NCBI GenBank assembly: GCA_031282405.1
Contig: JAITDU010000023.1
Coordinates: forward strand, 911 to 64,910
Source: Coriobacteriales bacterium
Lineage (GTDB): Bacteria; Actinomycetota; Coriobacteriia; Coriobacteriales; UBA8131
Direction of reading: 5' to 3'
DNA length: 64,000 bases
Notes under the pieces: generated by a model
Database searches by the model: none
Told to the model about the DNA's origin: nothing
What the model saw: only the letters and a program-made list of their open reading frames with translations
Position numbers and translations under genes: made by a program
Part shown: piece by piece, positions 41,262 through 51,208 of the stretch
Numbering within the stretch: the stretch's first letter is position 1
How the letters are laid out: the number at the start of each line of letters is the position of its first letter

Positions 41262-41678
41262 TTACGGTAGGTAGATCAGTACTCGCCTGCCAATTTGCTC
41301 GGCCCGGCTGGACAGTTCGGACAGCGACCCGTACTCCATCACCCGAGCCTGACAGGTCTGCACACAGCGCGGCACCTCGCCTTTGGCGGTAAGGTCGCCA
41401 CAGAGGTCACAGAGCTCGGTTGGCTCGGGAATGTAGGTCCAGTGCATCTTGCCATGACTGATACTGCCTTCGATCTCAATATCGGCGGCCTTCTTGTCCT
41501 CGGTGGCGGCGTAGAACTTCTCGCTGCGCAAATCCTTGGCATCAAGCGGCCAAGGGCCGTCCTCCAGCACCTTGATGCCCCACTGGCCCAAAGGCAGATC
41601 CTGCTTCATTTGGCAGGCCATCTCGCAGGACTTGCAGCCGCTGCACCAGTCGTAGTGGATCAGTAATCCATTTGCCAT
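41262..41678 (-). CDS. 4Fe-4S dicluster small subunit of the molybdoenzyme
   Basis: MANGLLIHYDWCSGCKSCEMAC, CDLC..PRCVQTCQA. Confidence 0.9.
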   Translation of the reverse strand: MANGLLIHYDWCSGCKSCEMACQMKQDLPLGQWGIKVLEDGPWPLDAKDLRSEKFYAATEDKKAADIEIEGSISHGKMHWTYIPEPTELCDLCGDLTAKGEVPRCVQTCQARVMEYGSLSELSSRAEQIGRRVLIYLP

Positions 41679-41691
41679 TTTCTTCTCCTCT

Positions 41692-44010
41692 CTACACCTG
41701 TGCCAGAACGGGCGGGGCGGGCAGATGGTTATCCAAATCGTTGTCGTCGGTGACCTTGTAGACCTTGCAGATCTCGCACTTGAAGGTGTCGCCAAAGCCC
41801 AGCTTACCAATGGCCTTGTGCGGCATGATCACGTTGATGTTGGACTTGCGAAAACCATACAACGACGGCTCCTCCGGGTCATCCTCGGGATACCACCAGC
41901 CATGATGGGCGTGTACTACACGGGGATCCAGCGAGTAGGTCAAGCTGGCCTTTTGTTTAACGCGGCCAAAGGGGTTCTCGATCCAGGCCCAGTCACCGTC
42001 TTCGATACCCAGACTTTTGGCGGTGTCCGGATGCAGTTCCAGCAGCGGCCACTTGACCTGCTGACGCAGGCGGTCAATCTGGCGATGTTCAGAGTGGAAG
42101 GAGGTGTAGCTGCGTCCACCGGTGGTCAGCACCAGCGGGTATTCCTTGAACAGTTCGGGGGTGGAGATGGGCGAGCGAGGCGGCTCGACGAAGTAGGGCA
42201 GCGGGTCGTCACCATAGTTGCTATAGGCATGTGACCACAGCTCAATGCGACCGGTCTGGCTCATGTAGCCTAAGCCCCCATCAAAGCGCATCAGGCCCTT
42301 CTCGCACTTGCGGTAAATCTCCTCGGGTTGGATGGTGTGCTTCTGCTGCAGGGTCTCAAAGGTCTCGCCGGGGGGCAGGAGATATTTTTCAAAGTATTTG
42401 GCCGGCGTGTTTACCTCGTTCCAATACTCTGGGAAGAGTCGTTTACCCACCTCGATCATGAACTCCAGGTCGGAGTAACCCTCCACCACGTCGATGGCCT
42501 TGTTACACATACCGTAAAAGGCGATGTTGAAGCTGTAGTGGCTGACCACCAATGTGTCGTGTTCCACCCAGGTTTTTAGCGGGATGACCAGGTCACAAAC
42601 CGCCATGGTTGTGGGGTTGTGAAAGATCTCGGTAGCGCAGGCGAACTCGAAGGAGTTCTTCATTGCTTCCAACCAGCGAGTTTGAGCAGCTGAGATAGCA
42701 CCACCGACCACATTGGAGCTCTGAAAGACGCCCATCCGCAGACGATAAGGTTCAAAACTCTCCAGAGTATCCAATACGCTGTCCGGATGGTTGGTGCTCA
42801 TCAGGTCGCAGACGAAGGGGAACTCCTTGGCTCCAATTCGCTTATCGAACAACTGCTTGCTGACAGTGTCAGCTTCCATGGCACGACTGATCATGTCCAC
42901 GTTGGTGTCATTTTTAGTCGGTAGGCCCAGCGTGTTGCCGCCAGGGACATCCATGTTATCTGTGATGGCAATCAGTGACAACAGAGCGTGGCCAACCTGA
43001 ATGCCGTTGGGATTTTGATCCACGGCCAGGCCCCAACCGATGGCAGAGTGTTTGCCCTCAGGGTGAGCCGCGTATTTGCGGGCTGCGTCGTAGATCTGCT
43101 CGGCTGGTACCCAGGTAATCTTCTCAACCTTTTCTGGCGGGTATTCCTGGACACGCTCCTGCAGCGCCTCGAAGCCATAGGTCCACTTTTCAACCGCGTC
43201 ATGATCGTAAAGATCCTCGTTGATGATTACGTTGAGCAAGGACAGTGCCAAGGCGGCATCGGTACCGGGGCGCAGTTGTAGGTGGACGTCAGCCTTGGAG
43301 GCTATCCAGGTCAGACGCGGGTCGGCAACAATCAGCTTGGTATCGCAGTCTTTCATCATGTCCACAACCGAATGTCCCCAGAAACCGTCAGCGTTGCTTT
43401 TGAGCGGCTCCTTGCCCCAGAGCAAGATGTAGTTGGGGGCACTCCAGCCTTCGTGGTCGTAGCGGTCGGCGTAGCGGGCGGCATAGTCGATCTCTGGATA
43501 TCCGCCGCCCATCAGGTAGGCCACCGAACTCACACGCGGGGCGTAACAGGACCAGCCGCTCTGGGCATAACAGGCGTTGGGTGAGCCAAAACTCATAAAG
43601 GTCAGCTCGTTGTGATACATCGTGGCCTCACGGCCGGTGCCGCAGAAAACGACGATGCTCTCCGGCCCATAGGTATCGCGGAAGTAGCGTGTCTTCTCCT
43701 CCAAAAGATCCATGGCTTCGTCCAGCGATATCTCCCGCCACTTGTTCTTGCCACGATCAGCGCGGTCGCGGATCTGCGGCCTGTAGATGCGATCCTTGTG
43801 ATAGACCACGTCTTTGATGGCCAGACATCTGGGGCAAAGTGCCCCGCGGTTGATGGGATGTTCAGGGTCGCCTTCTACGTCTACCAGCTTGCCGTCCTTA
43901 ACATGCAGTTGCACACCGCAACCCACCGGGTGACATCCTGGTGGTGACCAGGCGCAACTGCGGACAATGGTTTCGCCCATCTCCTCTCGCTTCCATGGTT
44001 TTGCGGCCAT
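41692..44010 (-). CDS. Cytoplasmic bis-MGD molybdopterin oxidoreductase, catechol dehydroxylase/acetylene hydratase-like clade
   Basis: CAWSPPGCHPVGC..LCPRC Fe-S site, SGWSCYAPR, SNADG, LRPGTDAAL, FHSEHRQ, HGWW; no Tat signal. Confidence 0.9.
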   Translation of the reverse strand: MAAKPWKREEMGETIVRSCAWSPPGCHPVGCGVQLHVKDGKLVDVEGDPEHPINRGALCPRCLAIKDVVYHKDRIYRPQIRDRADRGKNKWREISLDEAMDLLEEKTRYFRDTYGPESIVVFCGTGREATMYHNELTFMSFGSPNACYAQSGWSCYAPRVSSVAYLMGGGYPEIDYAARYADRYDHEGWSAPNYILLWGKEPLKSNADGFWGHSVVDMMKDCDTKLIVADPRLTWIASKADVHLQLRPGTDAALALSLLNVIINEDLYDHDAVEKWTYGFEALQERVQEYPPEKVEKITWVPAEQIYDAARKYAAHPEGKHSAIGWGLAVDQNPNGIQVGHALLSLIAITDNMDVPGGNTLGLPTKNDTNVDMISRAMEADTVSKQLFDKRIGAKEFPFVCDLMSTNHPDSVLDTLESFEPYRLRMGVFQSSNVVGGAISAAQTRWLEAMKNSFEFACATEIFHNPTTMAVCDLVIPLKTWVEHDTLVVSHYSFNIAFYGMCNKAIDVVEGYSDLEFMIEVGKRLFPEYWNEVNTPAKYFEKYLLPPGETFETLQQKHTIQPEEIYRKCEKGLMRFDGGLGYMSQTGRIELWSHAYSNYGDDPLPYFVEPPRSPISTPELFKEYPLVLTTGGRSYTSFHSEHRQIDRLRQQVKWPLLELHPDTAKSLGIEDGDWAWIENPFGRVKQKASLTYSLDPRVVHAHHGWWYPEDDPEEPSLYGFRKSNINVIMPHKAIGKLGFGDTFKCEICKVYKVTDDNDLDNHLPAPPVLAQV

Positions 44011-44233
44011 AAGTTACCATCCCTTCCTCTGATTTGATTGCTTGTTGTCATTACCTATACTAGTAAACGCACCCCGGCTTATTCAATGTACAAACCGCGC
44101 ATACCGAACAAGGCTTGTTGACGCCAGTGTCCTTGTGTCGTAATGGCTTAAACAATCCACGCCAATTGTTCAGTTTGCTACCCTCTGACGACAGTTATGC
44201 TTTTTGGTAGCCGTTGAAGGAGGGAGAGTTTCT

Positions 44234-44515
44234 ATGCCCGGCACTTCGATGCATGTCTGCTTTCGCTGCGGGCTGTGTCGACCACCACGCGAACCGTTTT
44301 TGCAATGCCCGCAATGCGGCTCGCTAAACGACCCGGAGCGGGGTGAGTTTGGCAACTGTAAGCAGTGTGGTGCCGTGTTGCCGCCGCGGAATCTGCCCGA
44401 ACCAGCATTCTGTATGCGGGTAGGTAAACCGTGCGCTAACCCCTGCAAACAGGCCGATAGAGAACCGCAGGATGCAAGCCGCGGCTGCATCTACCACACT
44501 TCAACCGAGAATTGA
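44234..44515 (+). CDS. Small cysteine-rich protein (zinc-ribbon/Fe-S candidate)
   Basis: AGGAGGGAG RBS; 11 Cys in 93 aa including CxxCxxC and two CxxC motifs. Confidence 0.7.
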   Translation: MPGTSMHVCFRCGLCRPPREPFLQCPQCGSLNDPERGEFGNCKQCGAVLPPRNLPEPAFCMRVGKPCANPCKQADREPQDASRGCIYHTSTEN

Positions 44516-44634
44516 GGATTGCTCGCCTTGCACAACGCTTTACCAGTAGAGGCAAGCAACTCTAAGCTGCTCAAGTGTAACCAAGCCGGGGACAAGAAAA
44601 GTTGGCTCGACGTCGATAACAAAGGAGAGGGTAA

Positions 44635-45882
44635 TTGAACATCGAACCAAGTACCAGCAAGCACCGTTACCAAAACCACGTAGCGGTGGGTGTTGTCATG
44701 CTGTTTGTCGGGGTGGCTATGGCTGCTGTGCAGTACAAGGTGCCGACAATCCTTGTAGCAGTACAGGAAAGTTTTGGCATGGACAACGACCTGGGCTCTT
44801 GGTTGATGTCCATCTTTACCCTGATGACTGTGTTCTTTGCCATTCCAGCCGGGGCCCTGTCGCAAAAATACAGTCCTAGACTACTTATTGGCATGGCCGG
44901 TATCCTGGCAATCGCAGGTTCGCTGCTAGGAGCTTTTGCTGACCTGGCACCAGTACTCATCGTCTCCCGGGCAATTGAGGGCGTGGCTCTTTGTGTTACC
45001 ACCACCTGCGGACCTGTGGTGGTGCAAAAATGCGTCCGTCCTACCAAGATCGGCACCGCCATGGGCATCTTTGGCATCTGGGGTTGTGTGGGATCGGTAG
45101 TTGCCATGCTGCTGACCCCGCAACTGTATGTGAGTCAGGGCTACGTCTTTACCTGGGTGTTCTTCGCAATAGTCGTCTTGGTCGCCGTGGTGGTGATGTT
45201 CCTCTACATTCGTATTCCGAACCGCAGTATGAGAGGGGCCGAACCGTCAAGATTTGCAGATAGAAAGTTGGTAGCAAGCGATTCACACACCGTTGTTATG
45301 CCAGCTAGGCCACGCTACCTGGAGCTGTTTACTCGTGATATAGGTCTTTTCTTTGCTGCCTTTTTAATTGTTAATCTGATATTTCTGGCCGTTTTGGGCT
45401 ACGTACCAACCATCCTGCAGTTGCAGGGCATGGAGGCATCGTTTTCCGGCTTCGTTACCACACTGCCTATGATGTGCTCGGTCATCATCTCGCCGCTCTG
45501 CGGCATCATCAGCGACCGCTTTGGTCACTCCAAGGTGCTGCTGGCTGTTACCATGCTTGGCCAGGCGGCAGGCGCGTTTTTGCTCTACACCTCTACCGGC
45601 GTCCTGCTATGGTTAGGAGCGGCACTGCTCGGCCTTCTGGGAACCGGTGCTATGGGTCTGGTTCTGACCGTCTTTATCCGCTTGTTGCCGCGCCCGGAAC
45701 TGGCCACCATTGGTATGGGCGTCTTTGCAACCGTACAGGGCTTGGGGCAATTTTTGGGAACCTTTCTCATTTCGCTGTTGCTTGGTGCGGACCTTAGCAA
45801 CACTATGTTGGCCGGCATCGTCATTGTCGCGCTGGGTGTAATCGGATCCGCCTGCTCCTTGGCCATCAGATTGAAATCCTGA
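44635..45882 (+). CDS. MFS transporter (CynX/NimT-like)
   Basis: QYKVPTI, SRAIEG, GIISDRFG, about 12 TM segments. Confidence 0.88.
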   Translation: MNIEPSTSKHRYQNHVAVGVVMLFVGVAMAAVQYKVPTILVAVQESFGMDNDLGSWLMSIFTLMTVFFAIPAGALSQKYSPRLLIGMAGILAIAGSLLGAFADLAPVLIVSRAIEGVALCVTTTCGPVVVQKCVRPTKIGTAMGIFGIWGCVGSVVAMLLTPQLYVSQGYVFTWVFFAIVVLVAVVVMFLYIRIPNRSMRGAEPSRFADRKLVASDSHTVVMPARPRYLELFTRDIGLFFAAFLIVNLIFLAVLGYVPTILQLQGMEASFSGFVTTLPMMCSVIISPLCGIISDRFGHSKVLLAVTMLGQAAGAFLLYTSTGVLLWLGAALLGLLGTGAMGLVLTVFIRLLPRPELATIGMGVFATVQGLGQFLGTFLISLLLGADLSNTMLAGIVIVALGVIGSACSLAIRLKS

Positions 45883-46094
45883 CAGATCTGTTGACTTGTT
45901 CCTTTACATTGCTTGTTCGGTCCCGGCATGTATTACTCTATTTTCGAGAGAAAAATAGCTATAGCATTAGGGAAGAAGGCTTCTTTATCTCATTGCATTT
46001 TCGCTTTTTTGTCCCATAGATCGATCTTTTCAATAGCCCCACGAAAACTTCCTGTCGAGTTTCGCCTGCTGAACAGAGGTTTGTCCGCAATAAG

Positions 46095-46134
46095 AAAACT
46101 CCCGTCCGAACTTGACGTTCAGACGGGAGTTTTT
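46095..46134. terminator. Bidirectional intrinsic terminator
   Basis: AAAACTCCCGTCCGAAC-TTGAC-GTTCAGACGGGAGTTTTT. Confidence 0.75.
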
Positions 46135-46244
46135 ACTCTGTCCGAATGTTCCTTGGGAATAAAATCAGTATTAAATTTAGTATCAGCAGCCGTTTTTTAA
46201 CGCTAAAAACCTACTTCTACCAGCGCTTTTACCGCTTCGGTGAT

Positions 46245-47636
46245 TTACTCCCACTCGCCGGGTCCATATCGATACTAAGCATATTTAGTTAGGGATTATT
46301 ATATCTTATGCTTGATTCTATCCTCATTCTACTTGCTATTTGCGGCGTGGGGATTTTTTAGTATCAAAATAGTATCACGCCAAATTTGTTCTACTGGTGT
46401 ATCAGGTTTTCACTCTGTCAAAACGTCGGCACACACCACAAGATTTTTCTTTTGCAGCCGCCGCAACAGCATGGACGATGCCGCGCATGGCCTCAAGCAT
46501 CAGCCCTATCGCCGCATCTTGCTCGACTGCGTATTCCTCAATCGTCATCGCTATAACACACTTCGTTATGTCACGCCCCAGTCCGTAATTTCCTCCTCCT
46601 GCTCGTAGTAATACGAGTAATCAACGCCTTTCGTAAACATCTCGCGGTCGTTTATCCTGTCGGTCAGCGCAGGTTTGAGTAGGGATTTTATCGGCCTGCT
46701 GTCCGACGCGCTTTTCACCATCGCGTCAAGGTACTCCTTCTTGGCAACCTTGCTCCAATCCACGCAGAGCTTCAAATTCTTTTTGAGAATAAGGTCGAGC
46801 CATATCCTTGTACTTCTGCCGTTGCCCTCCATAAACGGGTGGCAGACGTTCATCTCGACGTATTTGTCGATGATTTCCTCAAAGCTGTCCTCCGGCATCC
46901 GCTCGACCGTCCGCAGCGATTCCGTGAGGTACTGCGCCATTGCAAACTGGAAGCCGCCCTTGGCGATATTAAGTGTTCTTATCTGTCCAGCGAAGCCGTA
47001 CAGACCTCCGAACAGATAGCCGTGAATCTGCTGCAAGCCTTTGACGGTGCCAACCTCGATTTCATTGAGCAGCGAACTATCAAAAAGCGCATATGCCTTG
47101 GACTTACTCTTGCCGTCGATGGTTTCGCCGGAATAGGTGAACCACTCGATGAAGCGGTTGGCCTTTTTGCCGGGAAACTCCTTGGCGAGTGCGATAATGC
47201 CGTCGTTGGTAAGGCAATCCGTTACTCGGCGTTTGCCATCCGGTGCCATAAGTTTGAACCCCTTACAATTTGTAAGGACTTTGCTTCCAGCCTTTTTCAG
47301 GCGACTTTTTAACACATACCAGTAGTTCCGCGCACCCGCGCTTTGGCTCAAAACAGCGACAACATCGACAACGGAGAACCACCACTTGGATGTCTCATCA
47401 TCCCAGACAGCCCGTACCTCTTGGTCATCGAAGAATCGAATCGATACTTTACTCATATGGCCTACTCCCACTCCCTCGCGAGATTCATGTATCGCAGGAT
47501 TTTCGTTGATTTATCAGGGGTTTTGGTAATCGTATTATCCATTTTAATCCTATAATTCGTCGTTTCCATTGCTTTGCACATCAAAATCACAGCGACGGTT
47601 TTCGTGCTATTGTTCGGTCGGGTATTACTCCCACTC
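46245..47636. mobile_element. Integrase-less islet at the guaA 3' end, delimited by att-core repeats
   Basis: TTACTCCCACTC at 46245-46256 and 47625-47636 (last codons of guaA), CTACTCCCACTC at 47462-47473; TAGTATCA repeats at 46178, 46359, 46370. Confidence 0.72.
46566..47456 (-). CDS. Fic-family protein adenylyltransferase with Bro-N-like N-terminus
   Basis: [23 protein letters not shown]; [12 protein letters not shown]; [10 protein letters not shown]. Confidence 0.9.
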   Translation of the reverse strand: MSKVSIRFFDDQEVRAVWDDETSKWWFSVVDVVAVLSQSAGARNYWYVLKSRLKKAGSKVLTNCKGFKLMAPDGKRRVTDCLTNDGIIALAKEFPGKKANRFIEWFTYSGETIDGKSKSKAYALFDSSLLNEIEVGTVKGLQQIHGYLFGGLYGFAGQIRTLNIAKGGFQFAMAQYLTESLRTVERMPEDSFEEIIDKYVEMNVCHPFMEGNGRSTRIWLDLILKKNLKLCVDWSKVAKKEYLDAMVKSASDSRPIKSLLKPALTDRINDREMFTKGVDYSYYYEQEEEITDWGVT

Positions 47637-49493
47637 AATAGTCCCCGGCGGCTTGCTGGTTATATCGTAGACGACGCGATTGACGCCTTCCACCTCGGCG
47701 ACGATGCGGGAGGATATGCGGGCGAGCAGATCGTAGGGTAGGCGCGCCCAGTCGGCGGTCATGGCGTCGCGGGACTCTACGGCGCGCAGGATGATCGGGT
47801 GGGCGTAGGTGCGCTCGTCGCCCATCACGCCGACACTGCGGATGTCGGGCAGCACGGCGAAGTATTGCCAAACCGCGCGCTCGCCGCCGTCGGGAACAGC
47901 AGCAGTGGCAGCAGCCCCGCCGTCAGAACCAGCAGCAGCAGTATCCCCACCGACACCACGACTAGCAGCGACATCAGCGCCGGTTCGCTCAGAGTTGCGC
48001 ATGCCGGTCTGGGCAAACAGCGCCTCATTGTAAGCGTCAATCTCCTCGCGCACGATGGCGTCGGCATTGCGCAGCAGTTCCAGCTTCTCATGCGTCACGT
48101 CGCCGATGATGCGCACGGCCAGGCCAGGACCGGGGAAGGGCTGGCGATGAACGATGTGGTCGGGCAGTCCCAGCGCCGTGCCGAGCGCCCGCACCTCGTC
48201 CTTAAAGAGGTTACGCAACGGTTCAAGCAGGTCGAAGTGCACGCCCTGGGGGAAGGGGATCAGATTGTGGTGGCTTTTGATAGTTGCTGCCTGTTTGGAG
48301 CCCGTAGCCACAGAGCCGTCAGCAGCCGCAACAGCGCCGCCGCGCGAGACGCCGCTCTCAATGACATCCGGGTAGATAGTGCCCTGAGCCAGGTAGCGTA
48401 CCGGCGCGCCGTTGCGCTGCTCGATTATTGCGGCCTCTTCAAAGAACACCCGCCAGAACTCGCTGCCGATGATACGGCGCTTTTGCTCGGGGTCGCTGAC
48501 ATTGGATAACGCCTGAATAAAGCGATCTGCTGCCCGTACATGAATGAAATCCACATCAAATTGCTGGCTGAATACTGTCTCGACTTCTTCTGGTTCGTCT
48601 CTTCGCAACAGCCCGGTGTCCACGAACACACAGGTTAATTGTCTGCCGATGGCATGGGCTAACAGCGCCGCAACCACGCTGGAATCAACCCCGCCGCTGA
48701 GGCCAAGGATTACGCGCTCGGTGCCCACCTGGGCACGTACTTCGCCGGTGATGCGCTCGATAATCGAGCTCGTCGTCCAGCCGGGTTTGAGTCCGGCGAC
48801 ATCGAACAGGAAATGCCTGAGCATCTGGTTGCCGTAGGTAGTGTGATGTACCTCGGGATGGAACTGCGTGGCAAACAGCCTGCGCGGCACACACTCCATG
48901 GCAGCAACCGGAGTGGTGGAAGTCGACGCGGTCACAACGAAACCCTCGGGCACCGCGCTGACCGAGTCGCGATGACTCATCCAGACCGTCTGCTTATCCG
49001 GCGTGCTGCCCAGCAAGGCCGACGCGGCACCCTCGTCCTGGGCGCGAACCAGCGTGGCTGGACCGTACTCACCTACGTCTGTCTGTGGCACACTGCCACC
49101 CAGTGCCTGTGCCATGGCCTGCATGCCGTAGCAAAAACCCAGCACCGGTACACCCAGTTCAAGCAGCTTGGGGTTAAGCTTGGGGGCATCTGCGGCATAG
49201 ACACTGGCCGGGCCGCCGGAGAGAATAAGGGCCGCAGGCGGATTAGATGCTAATATATTAGTATCTATATCAAAGGGGACGACCTCGCTGTAAACATTGA
49301 GATCACGCACCCGCCGGGCAATCAACTGGCCGTATTGAGCGCCAAAATCCACGACTACCACGCGCGGTGGCGGCGTTGTGTGTTGCCGACACGACTCCTG
49401 TTTATCTTGCGGGTCAGCCTGGTCTGAGTGCACATGCTGCCGGCGCAGCTCTTGTCGTTGCTCCCGCTGTAATTCTTGCTTATTTTCTTGCAC
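47625..49493 (-). CDS. guaA: GMP synthase (glutamine-hydrolysing)
   Basis: VVDFGAQYGQLIARR, LGFCYG, QFHPEV, SGGVDS, TIKSHHN, RQPFPGPGL, KPPGTIEWE; GTG at 49493 with AAAGGAG RBS. Confidence 0.97.
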   Translation of the reverse strand: MQENKQELQREQRQELRRQHVHSDQADPQDKQESCRQHTTPPPRVVVVDFGAQYGQLIARRVRDLNVYSEVVPFDIDTNILASNPPAALILSGGPASVYAADAPKLNPKLLELGVPVLGFCYGMQAMAQALGGSVPQTDVGEYGPATLVRAQDEGAASALLGSTPDKQTVWMSHRDSVSAVPEGFVVTASTSTTPVAAMECVPRRLFATQFHPEVHHTTYGNQMLRHFLFDVAGLKPGWTTSSIIERITGEVRAQVGTERVILGLSGGVDSSVVAALLAHAIGRQLTCVFVDTGLLRRDEPEEVETVFSQQFDVDFIHVRAADRFIQALSNVSDPEQKRRIIGSEFWRVFFEEAAIIEQRNGAPVRYLAQGTIYPDVIESGVSRGGAVAAADGSVATGSKQAATIKSHHNLIPFPQGVHFDLLEPLRNLFKDEVRALGTALGLPDHIVHRQPFPGPGLAVRIIGDVTHEKLELLRNADAIVREEIDAYNEALFAQTGMRNSERTGADVAASRGVGGDTAAAGSDGGAAATAAVPDGGERAVWQYFAVLPDIRSVGVMGDERTYAHPIILRAVESRDAMTADWARLPYDLLARISSRIVAEVEGVNRVVYDITSKPPGTIEWE

Positions 49494-49659
49494 CGCTGCT
49501 CCTTTGTAAACCGTCTGTACCAGTATACCCAGAAACCGGCCCGAGGGCGCACCAGAATGCTGACGCACGATGGATCTCCTTACGGGCCGGCCTACCGAGC
49601 ATATCTTCTCGCAGTGTGTCACTTTATACGTCCTTATGAAGCGCAAAGCACGTCCCCAT

Positions 49660-49843
49660 GAAGCGTTTGTCCCCATAAGTCGGCGCGCGCAGTGGTTCAT
49701 AACGTGATAGATACGGGTGAAGACGTTTGTCTCCATGAGCCGACGCGCGCAGTGCGCGCAGTGGACGGGGAAAGGCGGGCACAAGCCGTGCTAGGTCGTA
49801 TGAGCCGACGCACGCAGCGCGCGCAGTGGACGCGCAGTTGCGC
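49660..49843. repeat. Degenerate direct repeats between guaA and rplM
   Basis: Three related units ATRAGYCGRCGC...GCGCAGTG near 49675, 49734 and 49800. Confidence 0.55.
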
Positions 49844-49905
49844 TTAAAAGAATACTTGTATACAATTTGTGGGTTCGCTTTCAAAGCCCCGTGACACTTT
49901 GAAAC
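49838..49905 (+). promoter_or_regulatory. rplM promoter and L13-leader-like hairpin
   Basis: TTGCGC (49838)-17 bp-TACAAT (49861); stem TTTCAAAG/CTTTGAAA presenting AGCCCCG; second AGCCCCG near 49965. Confidence 0.55.
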
Positions 49906-50089
49906 GCCAACGAACGCCCTTGTAGCCGAGAAATGCTTCAACGTCCAGGAAGCCTTGTCTCGATAGCCCCGTGGTGCACACTAACGCATACGGCGACGCG
50001 ATGCGATCTGATACCGCCCGCCGACGCTGCCGACGTGGCCTGACACTACGGATATGCGCCATCAAGGGCAAGAACATACGGAGGATTTT

Positions 50090-50524
50090 GTGGGAACATA
50101 TTATGCTAAAGACGGCGAGGTCAAGCGTGACTGGGTCTTGATCGACGCCACCGATAAAGTACTCGGCCGGGTTGCCTCTACGGCCGCACAGATACTCAGA
50201 GGCAAACACAAACCACAGTTTACATCGCACATTGACACGGGCGATTTCGTGGTCATTATCAATGCTGAGAAGATCAGAGTAACTGGCGCCAAGGCTGCAC
50301 AGAAAACGTATTATCGCCACAGTGGTTATCCCGGTGGCTTGAAGGCCGAATCGTTTGCAAAAGCTATGGAACGACACCCGGAACGTGTGCTTGAACACGC
50401 TGTCAAGGGTATGTTGCCTAAAAATACCCTTGGACGTGCCCAGGGCAGAAAACTGAAGGTCTATGCTGGCCCGGAGCACCCTCACCAGGCGCAGCGCCCA
50501 CGCAAGATAGAATTGGAGGCTTGA
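50090..50524 (+). CDS. rplM: 50S ribosomal protein L13
   Basis: [42 protein letters not shown]; GTG at 50090 with GGAGG RBS. Confidence 0.98.
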   Translation: MGTYYAKDGEVKRDWVLIDATDKVLGRVASTAAQILRGKHKPQFTSHIDTGDFVVIINAEKIRVTGAKAAQKTYYRHSGYPGGLKAESFAKAMERHPERVLEHAVKGMLPKNTLGRAQGRKLKVYAGPEHPHQAQRPRKIELEA

Positions 50525-50528
50525 GCCC

Positions 50529-50924
50529 ATGACCACCAATGACGCAATCTATATCGGTACCGGTCGTCGCAAAAGTGCTATTATGCGCGTGCGACTGATG
50601 CCCGGCTCAGGCAAAGTAACAATCAATGGCAGAGAGGGCAGTGATTACTTTGGCCGCGACGCTCTGCTGGATTATGCCCTGGCTCCCCTCAGAATAACGG
50701 ACACTGCAAGCCACTTTGATGTTATCGCCACCGGTACGGGCGGCGGTGTTTCCGGTCAGGCAGGTGCACTGCGACACGGCATCTCTCGCGCCCTGCTGAC
50801 TGCCGGCGACTATCGCGACGAGCTAAAACGGGCTGGGTTCTTAACGCGCGATCCTCGAATGGTCGAGCGCAAGAAATACGGCCTGAAAAAAGCCCGCAAG
50901 CGCCCGCAGTTCTCCAAACGCTAA
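50529..50924 (+). CDS. rpsI: 30S ribosomal protein S9
   Basis: [45 protein letters not shown]. Confidence 0.98.
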   Translation: MTTNDAIYIGTGRRKSAIMRVRLMPGSGKVTINGREGSDYFGRDALLDYALAPLRITDTASHFDVIATGTGGGVSGQAGALRHGISRALLTAGDYRDELKRAGFLTRDPRMVERKKYGLKKARKRPQFSKR

Positions 50925-50961
50925 TATCAGCGCTGACACCTTCTTTATTCTTTGAGTGAAG

Positions 50962-50991
50962 AAACGCAGGCCCGTACCGGGCCTGCGTTTT
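50962..50991 (+). terminator. Intrinsic terminator of rplM-rpsI
   Basis: AAACGCAGGCCCG-TAC-CGGGCCTGCGTTTT. Confidence 0.8.
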
Positions 50992-51208
50992 GGATGGTGC
51001 GCCCCTATCTTGCCAGACTAAGCGCACGCAGACTAAACGCACGACGGGTAACTTTCGGGACAATCTCCGGAGGGCGCGTACTTGCCATATGACTGACGTG
51101 CCTCTAGCGCACGGCGCTCCAGCGAAAAATCTATAGCATAAGTGAGCATTATTCTGTATAATCAACGAAACGGTAACATTAAATCGTTCTCTTAACCAAG
51201 GAGGAACA

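Noticed and set aside
46380-46560. Integrase remnant inside the guaA islet
   Set aside because: The short minus-strand frame shows no tyrosine-recombinase catalytic motifs.
49494-49784. N-terminal part of the 719-aa guaA ORF, or a purine riboswitch
   Set aside because: A strong RBS supports the GTG at 49493; the upstream frame crosses non-coding repeats and lacks the purine riboswitch core.
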